DNA of 64,000 nt from an uncultured Candidatus Saccharibacteria bacterium (GTDB taxonomy: Bacteria > Patescibacteriota > Minisyncoccia > Phycocordibacterales > DATDWN01), in contig CAZKCA010000003.1 of the NCBI GenBank assembly GCA_964551495.1, positions 4,535 to 68,534 on the forward strand, read 5' to 3'. This document shows, one piece after another, positions 10,086 to 19,324 of the stretch. The number at the start of each line of letters is the position of its first letter. Positions within the stretch are counted from its first letter, which is position 1. The notes beneath the pieces are model-generated. The model ran no database searches. It was not told where the DNA came from and saw nothing but the letters and a program-made list of their open reading frames with translations. Both the position numbers and the translations under genes were made by a program.

Positions 10086-10822
10086 ACAACTATTGGTGGA
10101 GTTTTGTGGTATTTGTTTTTAATATAAGCTTCTTGAATTATAGAAAAGATGTTGCTTGTTATCCAATATAAAGATAGAGCAGCTGACATACTATAGGAAA
10201 TAAATATAACTATTATAGGGAAAAAGTATTTCATTTGAACAGACATTGCTTTTGCTATGTCATTTTGTAAACTATTTTTTGAATTTGAGTTTGGTTTATT
10301 ACTATCAGTTGCAAGTTTTACCTGAACAAAAGTTGTCAGACCAGCAACTATAGCCAAAATTATACTTTTATCTGATATATTAACTATATTTAAAAACATC
10401 ATGTTTATATATTCTGGAGCAGAAACAAAAGAATATAATATGTTTGTATTTATCTCTGGTAAACCTGACCTTATAAAAACTTGGTAGAGACCAATAACAA
10501 TAGGTAGCTGGATTAATAATATAAATATACCAACAAAAGGATTTATACCTTTTTCTTTATATAGTTCTATTGTTTTTTGAGCTAAAACCTCTCTATTGTC
10601 TTTATATTTATCTTTTACCAACTCCAAATCCTTCTCTATACTTTTCATTTGTATTTGAGATTTTGATGCTTTTATTGAAAGAGGAAGTAGAATAAATTTT
10701 ATAATAATAGTAAATATAATAACCACTATACCGGCGTCTACAAATGGTAGTGTATCTATAAGAAAAACAAGTCCATTATATAATGGATCAAAAATAACAG
10801 TATTAAAAATTGAAGAAATCAT
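10082..10822 (-). CDS. yidC: membrane protein insertase YidC (short, Gram-positive-like form)
   Basis: Multi-TM protein with the conserved YidC core (INPFVGIFILLIQLPIVIGLYQVF). It shows classical synteny with rnpA and rpmH. Confidence 0.85.
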   Translation of the reverse strand: MISSIFNTVIFDPLYNGLVFLIDTLPFVDAGIVVIIFTIIIKFILLPLSIKASKSQIQMKSIEKDLELVKDKYKDNREVLAQKTIELYKEKGINPFVGIFILLIQLPIVIGLYQVFIRSGLPEINTNILYSFVSAPEYINMMFLNIVNISDKSIILAIVAGLTTFVQVKLATDSNKPNSNSKNSLQNDIAKAMSVQMKYFFPIIVIFISYSMSAALSLYWITSNIFSIIQEAYIKNKYHKTPPIVV

Positions 10823-10828
10823 ATTTTG

Positions 10829-11170
10829 TTATATTAGCACGATAGAGTCTCGTAGTAAATTTATTATCTGTGTCTCTAGGTTAAAGTATGATAATTTATC
10901 AAAACCTTTTTTAAAAACAAAAAAACACATAAAACCTGGTTTTATTTTTTTAATGTTTTTAGATACAACAGAATAAGCCCTTCTTCTAAATTTATTTCTT
11001 ACAACAGCACTTTTACAGTTCTTTTTTGATATAGAAAAAGAAAATAAAGTAGGGGATTGATCTTTTTTATTGTGTAAAAAAAGAGTTAAATGTTCAGAAT
11101 TAAATTTTTTGTTGGAATTTAATAGGGTTTTAAAATAAACCCTTTGAATTCTCCTGTTTTTAGGAAGCAT
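10829..11170 (-). CDS. rnpA: ribonuclease P protein component
   Basis: 113-aa basic protein starting MLPKNRRIQRVYFKTLL (the LPKxxRL RnpA signature), positioned between rpmH and yidC. Confidence 0.8.
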   Translation of the reverse strand: MLPKNRRIQRVYFKTLLNSNKKFNSEHLTLFLHNKKDQSPTLFSFSISKKNCKSAVVRNKFRRRAYSVVSKNIKKIKPGFMCFFVFKKGFDKLSYFNLETQIINLLRDSIVLI

Positions 11171-11179
11171 TTTAAAAAA

Positions 11180-11314
11180 TTAAACAGCTAGGGCTTTTCT
11201 ACCTTTTCTTCTCCTTCTAAGGAGTGTATTTTTTCCTGTTTTTGTTTTACTTCTAACAAGAAAACCATGTGTTTTTGATCTTTTTCTTTTTTTAGGTTTA
11301 TATGTTTGGGACAT
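11180..11314 (-). CDS. rpmH: 50S ribosomal protein L34
   Basis: Not in the ORF track because it is 44 aa. The reverse-strand translation is [44 protein letters not shown], a canonical L34. Confidence 0.9.
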   Translation of the reverse strand: MSQTYKPKKRKRSKTHGFLVRSKTKTGKNTLLRRRRKGRKALAV

Positions 11315-11403
11315 AAATTTTATTAACAACTTATGCACATATTATTAACATATTCAGGTTAATTTAACAAGTGTAATATTTTAAGTATTACTTATATAAT
11401 GTA

Positions 11404-12756
11404 GTGCATATGATGGACAACAAAAAACTTTGGGATTCAGTTTTGGTCGAAATGGAACTTAATTTATCTAAACCAAACTTCAATACATGGTTTAAAGATA
11501 CTCATATTGTAAAACAAGAAGACGGTGCTATTTATGTTGGTGTTCCAAATACTTTTGTCCAGGACTGGCTATCAAACAAATTTCATAATCTAATACTAAA
11601 AGCAATAAGAAATATTTCATCTAATATACAGTCATTACATTATGTAATATCTAAAGATGAAAATAAAATAAAACAACATTCTACAAACGAAAAGACTGTA
11701 AATATAACAAGAGAATTACCCATACAGGAGTTTTATATAAACAAAGATGATAATCTTAATCCTAAATACACATTTGAATCTTTTATTGTTGGACCATTTA
11801 ATGAATTCGCTTACGCAGCATCACAAGCTGTTATAAAAAAACCTGGAATTGTTTATAACCCATTGTTTATATACGGAAACACAGGTCACGGAAAAACACA
11901 TCTTATACAAGCTGTTGGTAACAGTATAAAAAATTCTAGTAATAGAAAGGTTTTTTATACTACTTCGGAAAAATTTAGTCAGGAATACATAAACGCATTA
12001 CAATTAAATAAACCAAACTTCTTTAAAGAAAAATATAGAAAATATGATGTTTTAATAATGGATGATATTCAGTTTTTCTCAGGAAAAATGAAAATTCAAG
12101 AAGAATTATTTCATTTATTTAATCATTTATATGAGAACAATAAACAAATAATTTTTTCATCAGATAAACACCCTGGTCTAATACAAGATCTTGAAGAAAG
12201 ATTGAAATCTAGATTTAGTGCTGGAATGATAGTTGATATACCTGCTCCAGATAATGAATCTAGAGCCGCTATTATAAAATCAAAATCAGTAACATTTCCT
12301 TATCCAATATCAAAAGAATGTATAGATTATTTAGCTTTTTCTATTAATGGAAACATAAGAGAATTAGAAGGTGTTTTAAATTCAATTTTATGTCAATGTC
12401 AGTTAAAAGAAAGGGAATTATCTTTAAATGAAATTAAGAATTTAATAAAAAACATAGCAAAACCAAAGAAAATTATATCAACAAAAGAAGTTGTTAAAAC
12501 AGTATCTGAGTTTTACAACATTGAGGAACAACTTATTTATGACAAAACAAGAAAAAAAGAAATAATAAAACCTAGACAAATAATAATGTATATATTAAGA
12601 GAAGATTTTAATATATCTTACCCAGCAATAGGGGAAAAATTAGGTGGTAGAGATCATACTACAGTTATGCATTCATGTGAAAAAATTAAAAATGATATAA
12701 AAATAGATGAATCTTTGAATCAAGAAATTAACCAATTAAGATCTATTCTTGTGTAA
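11404..12756 (+). CDS. dnaA: chromosomal replication initiator DnaA
   Basis: AAA+ Walker A GNTGHGKTHLIQAVGN, box VII, and the C-terminal DNA-binding domain (DHTTVMHSCEKI). It diverges from rpmH-rnpA-yidC and is followed by dnaN. Confidence 0.95.
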   Translation: MHMMDNKKLWDSVLVEMELNLSKPNFNTWFKDTHIVKQEDGAIYVGVPNTFVQDWLSNKFHNLILKAIRNISSNIQSLHYVISKDENKIKQHSTNEKTVNITRELPIQEFYINKDDNLNPKYTFESFIVGPFNEFAYAASQAVIKKPGIVYNPLFIYGNTGHGKTHLIQAVGNSIKNSSNRKVFYTTSEKFSQEYINALQLNKPNFFKEKYRKYDVLIMDDIQFFSGKMKIQEELFHLFNHLYENNKQIIFSSDKHPGLIQDLEERLKSRFSAGMIVDIPAPDNESRAAIIKSKSVTFPYPISKECIDYLAFSINGNIRELEGVLNSILCQCQLKERELSLNEIKNLIKNIAKPKKIISTKEVVKTVSEFYNIEEQLIYDKTRKKEIIKPRQIIMYILREDFNISYPAIGEKLGGRDHTTVMHSCEKIKNDIKIDESLNQEINQLRSILV

Positions 12757-12976
12757 AAGTATGTGTATAAACTGTTATTTATGTGAATATATTTATTTTA
12801 CAAATTGTGTATAAATGTATATAAATAGTGTTATATATATCTTATATATAAATTTATATATAGTTTATACACAGGTCCTATTACAAATTAATGGCTTAAA
12901 ATAAGGATTTTATATACTTATCAAGATATTAACACCCCTAATAGTAATAAGATTTAAAAAAATAAAATTAAATACT
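12757..12976. promoter_or_regulatory. oriC-like AT-rich region between dnaA and dnaN with DnaA-box-like 9-mers
   Basis: TGTGTATAA at 12762-12770 and 12806-12814, TTATACACA at 12865-12873, and TGTGAATAT at 12782-12790. Each is one mismatch from TTATCCACA or its complement, and the region is very AT-rich. Confidence 0.6.
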
Positions 12977-14074
12977 ATGAATATAGAATGTGTAAAAGAT
13001 AAACTAGTAAAAGATCTATCTAAAGCTGAAAAAATAACAGGTAAAAATATAACATTACCTATATTAAACTGTGTTTTACTTGAGGCTAATGATTCTACTT
13101 TAACAATTAAATCAACAAATCTTGATTTAGGAATAGAAATAAAAGTTCCAGTAAAAGTTAATAAACCAGGAAAAACAGCTGTTCCTGGTTCTGTTTTAAA
13201 TAACTTTATAAGTAATCTTAATGATAAAAACTTAAATATAGAGGTTTTAGATAATACATTAAACATATCAAGTAAACACTCTAGTTCTCAAATAAAAACA
13301 TACCCAATAGAAGATTTTCCAAATATACCAAAAGTATCAGATGAAAAGTTTTTTAGTATAAACACTAATGATTTTATAAAAGGTTTAAAATCTGTAATGT
13401 ATAGTGCTTCAGTATCATCTATAAGACCTGTTTTATCTAGTGTTTTGGTTTATTCAGAAGAAGAAAAATTATTTTTTGTTGCAACAGATTCTTTTAGACT
13501 AGCTGAAAAAAATATAAAAATTAAAAAACATATAGACATAGAGCCTATACTTATACCTTTTAAAAATATACCTGAAATAATAAGGGTTTTAGAGGATATA
13601 AAAGGTGATATAACTGTTTTTGTAAATGAAAATCAAATAGCTTTTGTTTATGAAGGTATGTATTTAATTTCAAGAATAATAGATGGTAATTTTCCAGATT
13701 ATAGACAAATTATACCTAAAGAAACAAAAACAGAGGTTACTGTTTTAAAACAAGATTTAATAAATACTTTAAAAATATCAAATATATTTTCAGATAAATT
13801 TAATCAGGTTATTTTTGATATATCAACAAATAATAAAAGTTTTAATATAAGTACAAAAAATTTAGATGTAGGACAAAATACAAACTCAATAGATGCTGTT
13901 ATAAAAGGGAATGACTTATCTATTAGTTTTAATTATAAATACATAATAGACTGTTTTCAGTCTATAGAATCAGATAGTGTTGTTTTACAGTTTTCTGATA
14001 CAAACAAACCTATGATTATAAAAGGAGTTTCAGATAATAGTTTTCTTTATTTGGTAATGCCAATGAATAAATAA
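12977..14074 (+). CDS. dnaN: DNA polymerase III beta sliding clamp
   Basis: 365-aa protein immediately downstream of dnaA with the three-domain length and pattern of a beta-clamp. Confidence 0.9.
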   Translation: MNIECVKDKLVKDLSKAEKITGKNITLPILNCVLLEANDSTLTIKSTNLDLGIEIKVPVKVNKPGKTAVPGSVLNNFISNLNDKNLNIEVLDNTLNISSKHSSSQIKTYPIEDFPNIPKVSDEKFFSINTNDFIKGLKSVMYSASVSSIRPVLSSVLVYSEEEKLFFVATDSFRLAEKNIKIKKHIDIEPILIPFKNIPEIIRVLEDIKGDITVFVNENQIAFVYEGMYLISRIIDGNFPDYRQIIPKETKTEVTVLKQDLINTLKISNIFSDKFNQVIFDISTNNKSFNISTKNLDVGQNTNSIDAVIKGNDLSISFNYKYIIDCFQSIESDSVVLQFSDTNKPMIIKGVSDNSFLYLVMPMNK

Positions 14075-14075
14075 A

Positions 14076-14321
14076 ATGTTTAATATATCTTCTTTTTTAT
14101 CTAAATTTTCAAAAAACATTAAAGATAATTATTTAATAAAAGAAGAAATAATTAAAAATGTTTTAAAAATAACAAATATAGAATTAAAACCAGATGATAT
14201 TGTTATTAAAAACAATATTCTTTATTTAAATATAACCCCTGTTTATAAAAATAAAATTTTTATAAACAAAAAAGATATACTTTTAAATATATCTTCTTTT
14301 AATATTGTTGATATAAGGTAA
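14076..14321 (+). CDS. small hypothetical protein downstream of dnaN
   Basis: 81-aa ORF starting 1 nt after the dnaN stop. Lys/Ile-rich, no motif. Confidence 0.3.
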   Translation: MFNISSFLSKFSKNIKDNYLIKEEIIKNVLKITNIELKPDDIVIKNNILYLNITPVYKNKIFINKKDILLNISSFNIVDIR

Positions 14322-14324
14322 TTT

Positions 14325-16517
14325 TTAATTAAAACCTTGATTTTGGGCCCATATCCTTACAGGATATTCCCACCTTGTAAACTGTGGATCAGACTCTGGA
14401 TTTTGAGGTATAGGACCCCTAGGGTTATCTTTATCAACCCAATATAGTATAGAATGTACACCACCTGTTAAAACCTCTTGTATTGAGTTATATGGAACGT
14501 TTGGATCTATTTGACCTTGAACTATGTTAGACACACCACCTTGCCATTTACCCCTTAATACAGGCTTTAAATCATATGAATCTTCTACTAAAGGTTTTGT
14601 AAAGTTTTCTTGAGGTCTTTCTTTTAACACCTCATTCATAAACTCTCTCCACATAGGAGCAACAATTAAACCAGAAACTTTTCTTTCCATAGGGGTATTA
14701 TCATTATTTCCAGCCCATGTACCAATAACAATATTTGGAGTATAACCAATTATCCAAGCATCCCTATAATCATTTGTTGTTCCAGTTTTTACTGCAACAT
14801 CTCTACCTTGGAAATACAATGGTGAATTTGATCCATATAAAGGTATTCTTGCAACATTATCAGATAATACATCAGATAATTTTCTTGTATATTCTGGTTC
14901 TATTATTTGTATTGGTCTAGGTGTGTATTCCTCATAAATCCTTCCATTTTTATCTTCAATTTTTAATACAGCAAAGTGGTTGTTTTTTATACCTTCATTT
15001 GCAAAAACACCATAAGCAGAGGTCATATCAAGTAAGGTAACCTCTCCACCTCCCAAAACAAGAGTTAAACCATACTGGTTTGCGTTTGATAGTGTTGTTA
15101 TACCTAAATCTCTAGCTAAATTTATAGCATTGTTAACTCCCACCAAATATAATAATTTAACAGCCGGCACGTTTATTGATTGAGCTAAAGCATTTCTTAA
15201 ATTAACAGGACCCCTGTATTTATCATCATAATTATTTGGTGAGTAACAAGGTCCAATACTGGTCATGTTATCTGGTGAACAAGAGGTTGAAAACTGTGTT
15301 TTTAGGTCAAATAGTATTGTTTCTGGGGTATAACCTTTTATAAACGAAGCTATATAAACAAAAGGTTTAAATGTTGATCCTGGTTGTCTTTTGGCTAAGG
15401 TAACATTAAATTGTCCATCTATTTCTTTATCAAAATAGTCTCTTGACCCAACCATGGTAAGTATAGCTCCTGTTTTAGGATCTATAGCCACAAAAGCTGC
15501 ATTTTCTCCATTGAAAGCTTCTTTATTTATAAAACCATATTTTTTTGCTATTTCTTCAGCTTTTATTTGGTAATCATAGTTTAATGTTGTGGTTACTTTT
15601 AATCCTCCTCTTATTAAAACATCTTCACCATATTTTTTTTCTAGATAATCTTTAACATACATCACAAAATGAGGGGCTTTGATTCCTTTGTCAGCTCTTG
15701 GTAGAAAAACAACTTCTTCTTTAATAGCCTCATCGTATTCTGCTTGTGTTATAGAGCCATCTTTTAACATTTCACTAAGTATTAAGTTTTTTCTTTCATC
15801 CAACCTATCTTTATTTTTTCCATAAGGTGAGTAAAAAGAAGGTGCTTGTGGTAAAGCTGCAATATAAGCAGCTTCTGCTAATGTGACATCACTAGCACTT
15901 TTGCCAAAAAAGTTTTGACTAGCTTCTTCTACACCATATAGAGCCCCACCATAAGGTATTTCATTTAGGTAAGTAGAAAATATTTCTTCTTTAGACATAA
16001 CCCTTTCAAGTTTAATAGCTAAAACCCACTCTTTTATTTTTCTAGATACATCTTTATCATCAACCAACATTGTTTTTTTAACAACTTGTTGGGTTATTGT
16101 TGATCCTCCTTGGCTAAAACTTAATGTTGATATATTAATAAGTATTGCTCTCAAAAAAGCTAAAGGTTTTATACCTTTGTGTCTATAAAAATCTTTATCC
16201 TCTATGGCTATAGTTGCTGATTTTATGTAAGGAGATATTTCATCAAATGGTATAACTGTTCTTTTTGAATCTTGGTAAATATCATAAAGTAAAATTTTTC
16301 CTGTATTGTCATATATTTTTGTAGATTGACTAACTCTTCTTGCTTCAAGTGTGTCTATAGCGGGTATTTTAAAGGTAGAAATCCAAACAAAAAAAAGACC
16401 ACCTATAACAATAAAACAAGAAACAAAAAACAGGATTGTGTTCCTTAGTCCGTGTTTTTTGTATTGTTTTTTTGTTCCAACTAGTAAAGAATTTAATCTT
16501 TTTCTCATTATTCTCAT
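14325..16517 (-). CDS. class A penicillin-binding protein (PBP1A, transglycosylase/transpeptidase)
   Basis: N-terminal TM anchor, GT51 motifs (ATIAIEDKDFYRHKGI, GGSTITQQ), and transpeptidase SxxK (STFK) with downstream motifs. Confidence 0.9.
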   Translation of the reverse strand: MRIMRKRLNSLLVGTKKQYKKHGLRNTILFFVSCFIVIGGLFFVWISTFKIPAIDTLEARRVSQSTKIYDNTGKILLYDIYQDSKRTVIPFDEISPYIKSATIAIEDKDFYRHKGIKPLAFLRAILINISTLSFSQGGSTITQQVVKKTMLVDDKDVSRKIKEWVLAIKLERVMSKEEIFSTYLNEIPYGGALYGVEEASQNFFGKSASDVTLAEAAYIAALPQAPSFYSPYGKNKDRLDERKNLILSEMLKDGSITQAEYDEAIKEEVVFLPRADKGIKAPHFVMYVKDYLEKKYGEDVLIRGGLKVTTTLNYDYQIKAEEIAKKYGFINKEAFNGENAAFVAIDPKTGAILTMVGSRDYFDKEIDGQFNVTLAKRQPGSTFKPFVYIASFIKGYTPETILFDLKTQFSTSCSPDNMTSIGPCYSPNNYDDKYRGPVNLRNALAQSINVPAVKLLYLVGVNNAINLARDLGITTLSNANQYGLTLVLGGGEVTLLDMTSAYGVFANEGIKNNHFAVLKIEDKNGRIYEEYTPRPIQIIEPEYTRKLSDVLSDNVARIPLYGSNSPLYFQGRDVAVKTGTTNDYRDAWIIGYTPNIVIGTWAGNNDNTPMERKVSGLIVAPMWREFMNEVLKERPQENFTKPLVEDSYDLKPVLRGKWQGGVSNIVQGQIDPNVPYNSIQEVLTGGVHSILYWVDKDNPRGPIPQNPESDPQFTRWEYPVRIWAQNQGFN

Positions 16518-16546
16518 GTTACCATAAATGTGATAAAATATGTAGT

Positions 16547-17749
16547 ATGTTTGGTTTTTCTAAAAACAAAATAGATACTGATGAAAATAAGATTGAAGAT
16601 ATTCTGAAAAGGAACACAGAAGATGTTTTTGTTTATGAGAGTTTAAAAAATAAACTTTTGTCAGGAAAACAACTAAGAGTTAAGCTTGGTTTTGACCCAA
16701 CAGGATCAAAAATACACATAGGTAGGGCCTCTATTTTAAGAAAATTAAAATCTTTTCAGGATTTGGGACATCAAATTGTCTTTATTGTTGGTGATTTCAC
16801 TGCTCAAATAGGTGATCCTTCTGATAAATTAGAAAAAAGACCTTTTTTATCTAGAGAAGATATTTTAAAAAATTTAAAAGACTATAAACAACAAATTGGT
16901 AAAATAATAGATGTTTCTAAAGCAGAATTTCTTTTTAATAGTAAATGGTTGTCCAAATTAAACCTTGAAGAGGTTGCCAAATTGGCAGAAAGTTTTTCGG
17001 TGGGGCAAATGTTAAACAGAAGAAATTTTAAAGATAGATTTGAAAAAGGCACTGAGATTTCTTTAAGAGAATTTTTATATCCTCTAATGCAAGGGTATGA
17101 TTCTGTTATTGTTTCAGCTGATATTGAGATTGGTGGTTTTGACCAACTTTTCAATCTTAAGGCTGGTAGGGTTATTCAAAAATACTATGGTAAACCAGAA
17201 CAAGACATAATGACCGTTAAAATGTTAGAGGGAACAGATGGTAGGAAAATGTCTACAAGTTGGGGTAATGTTATAAACATAGTAGATGATCCATATGATA
17301 TGTATGGAAAAGTAATGTCTATAAAAGACAGTTTGATCTATAACTATTTTCTTTCTTGCACAGATTTACCTATTTTAGAAATAGAAAATATTGCCAAAGA
17401 ATTAGAACAAAAAGAAAATTATAAAGAAGTAAAATCTAGATTAGCTAAAGAAATTGTTACTCTTTACCACGGGAAAGATTTAGCAGAAAAAGCATATAAA
17501 AATTTTGAAGAAACTTTTTCTAAAGGGGGAATACCAGAGGATATATTAAAAATAAATATTGCAGAAAACACACCACTTGTAGATGTTTTACTTGATCAAA
17601 AAATAGTAGAATCAAAAACAGAGTGGAGAAGACTTGTAGGAGACGGGGCTGTTTCAAAAGATGGTGTTAAAATTGAAGATTCAAATACTAATTCAATTAA
17701 GGGTGTTTATAAAATAGGTAAAAGAAGATTTGTAGAGATTATAAATTAA
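16547..17749 (+). CDS. tyrS: tyrosyl-tRNA synthetase
   Basis: Class I HIGH-like motif (FDPTGSKIHIGR), KMSKS-like KMSTS, and a C-terminal S4-like domain. The start is placed at the ATG at 16547 to avoid overlap with the PBP gene. Confidence 0.8.
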   Translation: MFGFSKNKIDTDENKIEDILKRNTEDVFVYESLKNKLLSGKQLRVKLGFDPTGSKIHIGRASILRKLKSFQDLGHQIVFIVGDFTAQIGDPSDKLEKRPFLSREDILKNLKDYKQQIGKIIDVSKAEFLFNSKWLSKLNLEEVAKLAESFSVGQMLNRRNFKDRFEKGTEISLREFLYPLMQGYDSVIVSADIEIGGFDQLFNLKAGRVIQKYYGKPEQDIMTVKMLEGTDGRKMSTSWGNVINIVDDPYDMYGKVMSIKDSLIYNYFLSCTDLPILEIENIAKELEQKENYKEVKSRLAKEIVTLYHGKDLAEKAYKNFEETFSKGGIPEDILKINIAENTPLVDVLLDQKIVESKTEWRRLVGDGAVSKDGVKIEDSNTNSIKGVYKIGKRRFVEIIN

Positions 17750-17752
17750 AAA

Positions 17753-17778
17753 AACCGGACTAGTCCGGTTTTTTTAAT
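17753..17778. terminator. bidirectional intrinsic terminator between the convergent tyrS and acidic-protein genes
   Basis: The hairpin AAAAACCGGACTAGTCCGGTTTTTTT has a perfect 8-bp GC-containing stem flanked by A and T runs. Confidence 0.7.
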
Positions 17779-17972
17779 TAAATATTGTAATCGTCGTCGT
17801 AAGAGTCACCATCGACATCTTCTTCTTCAGCATCAGCCAAATCTTCTAAAGAATCTTCTTCATCAAAATCCTTTTTTCCTTTTTTAACACCTAATTCGTC
17901 TTCTGCTTCTTCTAAATCAGCATCATCTATAGTTTCCTCATCTAAATCTTTTGGATCCAATTCGTCGTTCAT
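17778..17972 (-). CDS. highly acidic small protein (64 aa, about 50% Asp/Glu)
   Basis: ORF MNDELDPKDLDEETIDDADLEEAEDELG..., with the terminator immediately downstream. Confidence 0.45.
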   Translation of the reverse strand: MNDELDPKDLDEETIDDADLEEAEDELGVKKGKKDFDEEDSLEDLADAEEEDVDGDSYDDDYNI

Positions 17973-18093
17973 ATTTTATTTAAAAATATCTTATAAATTT
18001 TTCTGCAAAATAGAATATTTCACAGGGTTTTCATATTTTTACCAAATTATACTTCTTTTGCAAATATGTTTTTTGGCAAAATGTGTGGATAAG

Positions 18094-18567
18094 TTACCTT
18101 ATTGTGGCTAGATGTGTCAAGCCTATGGCAATAGCATCAAATTCATCATCTGAACTGGTTTCTTTATTTATTTTAATAAGTTTTTTAACCATATTTATAA
18201 TCTGGTTTTTGTCACTCCTACCATAACTTGTTATGGCTATTTTTATATCTATTGGTGTATATTCAAAAATATCTAAACCAAAATTTTTTGCGCAGTAGAG
18301 TATTACTCCTCTTGCTTCTGAAACAAAAAGAGCTGTCTTTGTGTTTTTTGCAAAAAAAAGTTTTTCTGTAGCTAGAGATTCTGGTTTGTGTTTTTTTATA
18401 ACCTCTTCTATTTTATTTCCAATAAGAGTAAGTCTTTCTGGGTGAGAAAGTTTTTTATCTGTTTTAAAACATTCAGAATAAACCAAAATCTCTTTTTCTT
18501 TGCCTTTTTTTTCCAAAATAGCCAAACCAAGTCTTTCATAACCAGGGTCAATTGAGATAATTTTCAT
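18094..18567 (-). CDS. ruvC: crossover junction endodeoxyribonuclease RuvC
   Basis: MKIISIDPGYERLGLAIL is the RuvC N-terminus with the catalytic Asp. The protein is 157 aa. Confidence 0.85.
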   Translation of the reverse strand: MKIISIDPGYERLGLAILEKKGKEKEILVYSECFKTDKKLSHPERLTLIGNKIEEVIKKHKPESLATEKLFFAKNTKTALFVSEARGVILYCAKNFGLDIFEYTPIDIKIAITSYGRSDKNQIINMVKKLIKINKETSSDDEFDAIAIGLTHLATIR

Positions 18568-18617
18568 ACAAAAACTGTAACATAAATTTATAGTTAGTTA
18601 AACAAAACCACGTCGAA

Positions 18618-18708
18618 GGTGTATGTTTTCTGAAACATTGCGAGCGCGACGGCGCGAACACGAGGAAAATTTTAGCAAAAATTTATCCGTTTTCAGAAAA
18701 TATACACC
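18618..18708. repeat. 18-bp imperfect inverted repeat enclosing a 55-nt GC-rich core (long hairpin element)
   Basis: GGTGTATGTTTTCTGAAA (18618-18635) pairs with TTTCAGAAAATATACACC (18691-18708). The enclosed segment gcgagcgcgacggcgcgaacacgagg is unusually GC-rich for this genome. Confidence 0.6.
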
Positions 18709-18763
18709 AAGACAAAGTTTTTGTTAGTTGAGGACGTTTTGAAAAAATGAGCACAACAAACTT

Positions 18764-19294
18764 TTACTCAGCATTAGTATAAACATTCTGAACATCATCA
18801 TTCTCTTCTAATTCATCAACAAGTTCACCAAGTTTTTGACCATCTTCATCTGAGAGGGGAATAGTTGTTTTTGGAATCCATTCCATATCAGCAGTTCTTT
18901 CAAAAGCCCAAGTAGCAGCTCCTATACCAGCCAAACTATAACCATTTTTTGATAGAGCATGTTTTACCTCTTGAGCAGACTTGTTTCTATTGTCTGTTAA
19001 AACATCTATAACGATAGCACATCCACCTGGGCCATATGCTTCATATGTAATAGATTCCATTTCACCACCTGCTTCTGTAGATTTTTTTATAGCTCTTTCT
19101 ATGTTGTCATTTGGTACATTTTCAGCTTTGGCTTTTTCGATAGCCCTTCTCAATCCAGGGGACTCTAAATTACCACCAGCTTTTTTGGCTTCAACTGTTA
19201 TAAGCCTGACCATTTTGCCAAAAATCTTTGATTTTTGAGCATCAGTTTTTTCTTTTTGTCTTTTTATTTTAGACCATTTATTATGTCCTGCCAT
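18764..19294 (-). CDS. yebC: YebC/PmpR-family transcriptional regulatory protein (short form)
   Basis: N-terminus MAGHNKWSKIKRQK...NDNIERAIKK and C-terminus DVQNVYTNAE match the YebC family. At 176 aa it is shorter than the typical ~240 aa. Confidence 0.8.
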   Translation of the reverse strand: MAGHNKWSKIKRQKEKTDAQKSKIFGKMVRLITVEAKKAGGNLESPGLRRAIEKAKAENVPNDNIERAIKKSTEAGGEMESITYEAYGPGGCAIVIDVLTDNRNKSAQEVKHALSKNGYSLAGIGAATWAFERTADMEWIPKTTIPLSDEDGQKLGELVDELEENDDVQNVYTNAE

Positions 19295-19324
19295 ATATTC
19301 GTATTCTACAAAATAAATTTATTT

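Noticed and set aside
16436-16546. Extended N-terminus of tyrS from the ATG at 16436
   Set aside because: It would overlap the PBP1A start on the opposite strand by 80 nt and adds a non-conserved hydrophobic leader. The internal ATG at 16547 gives a normal TyrRS N-terminus.
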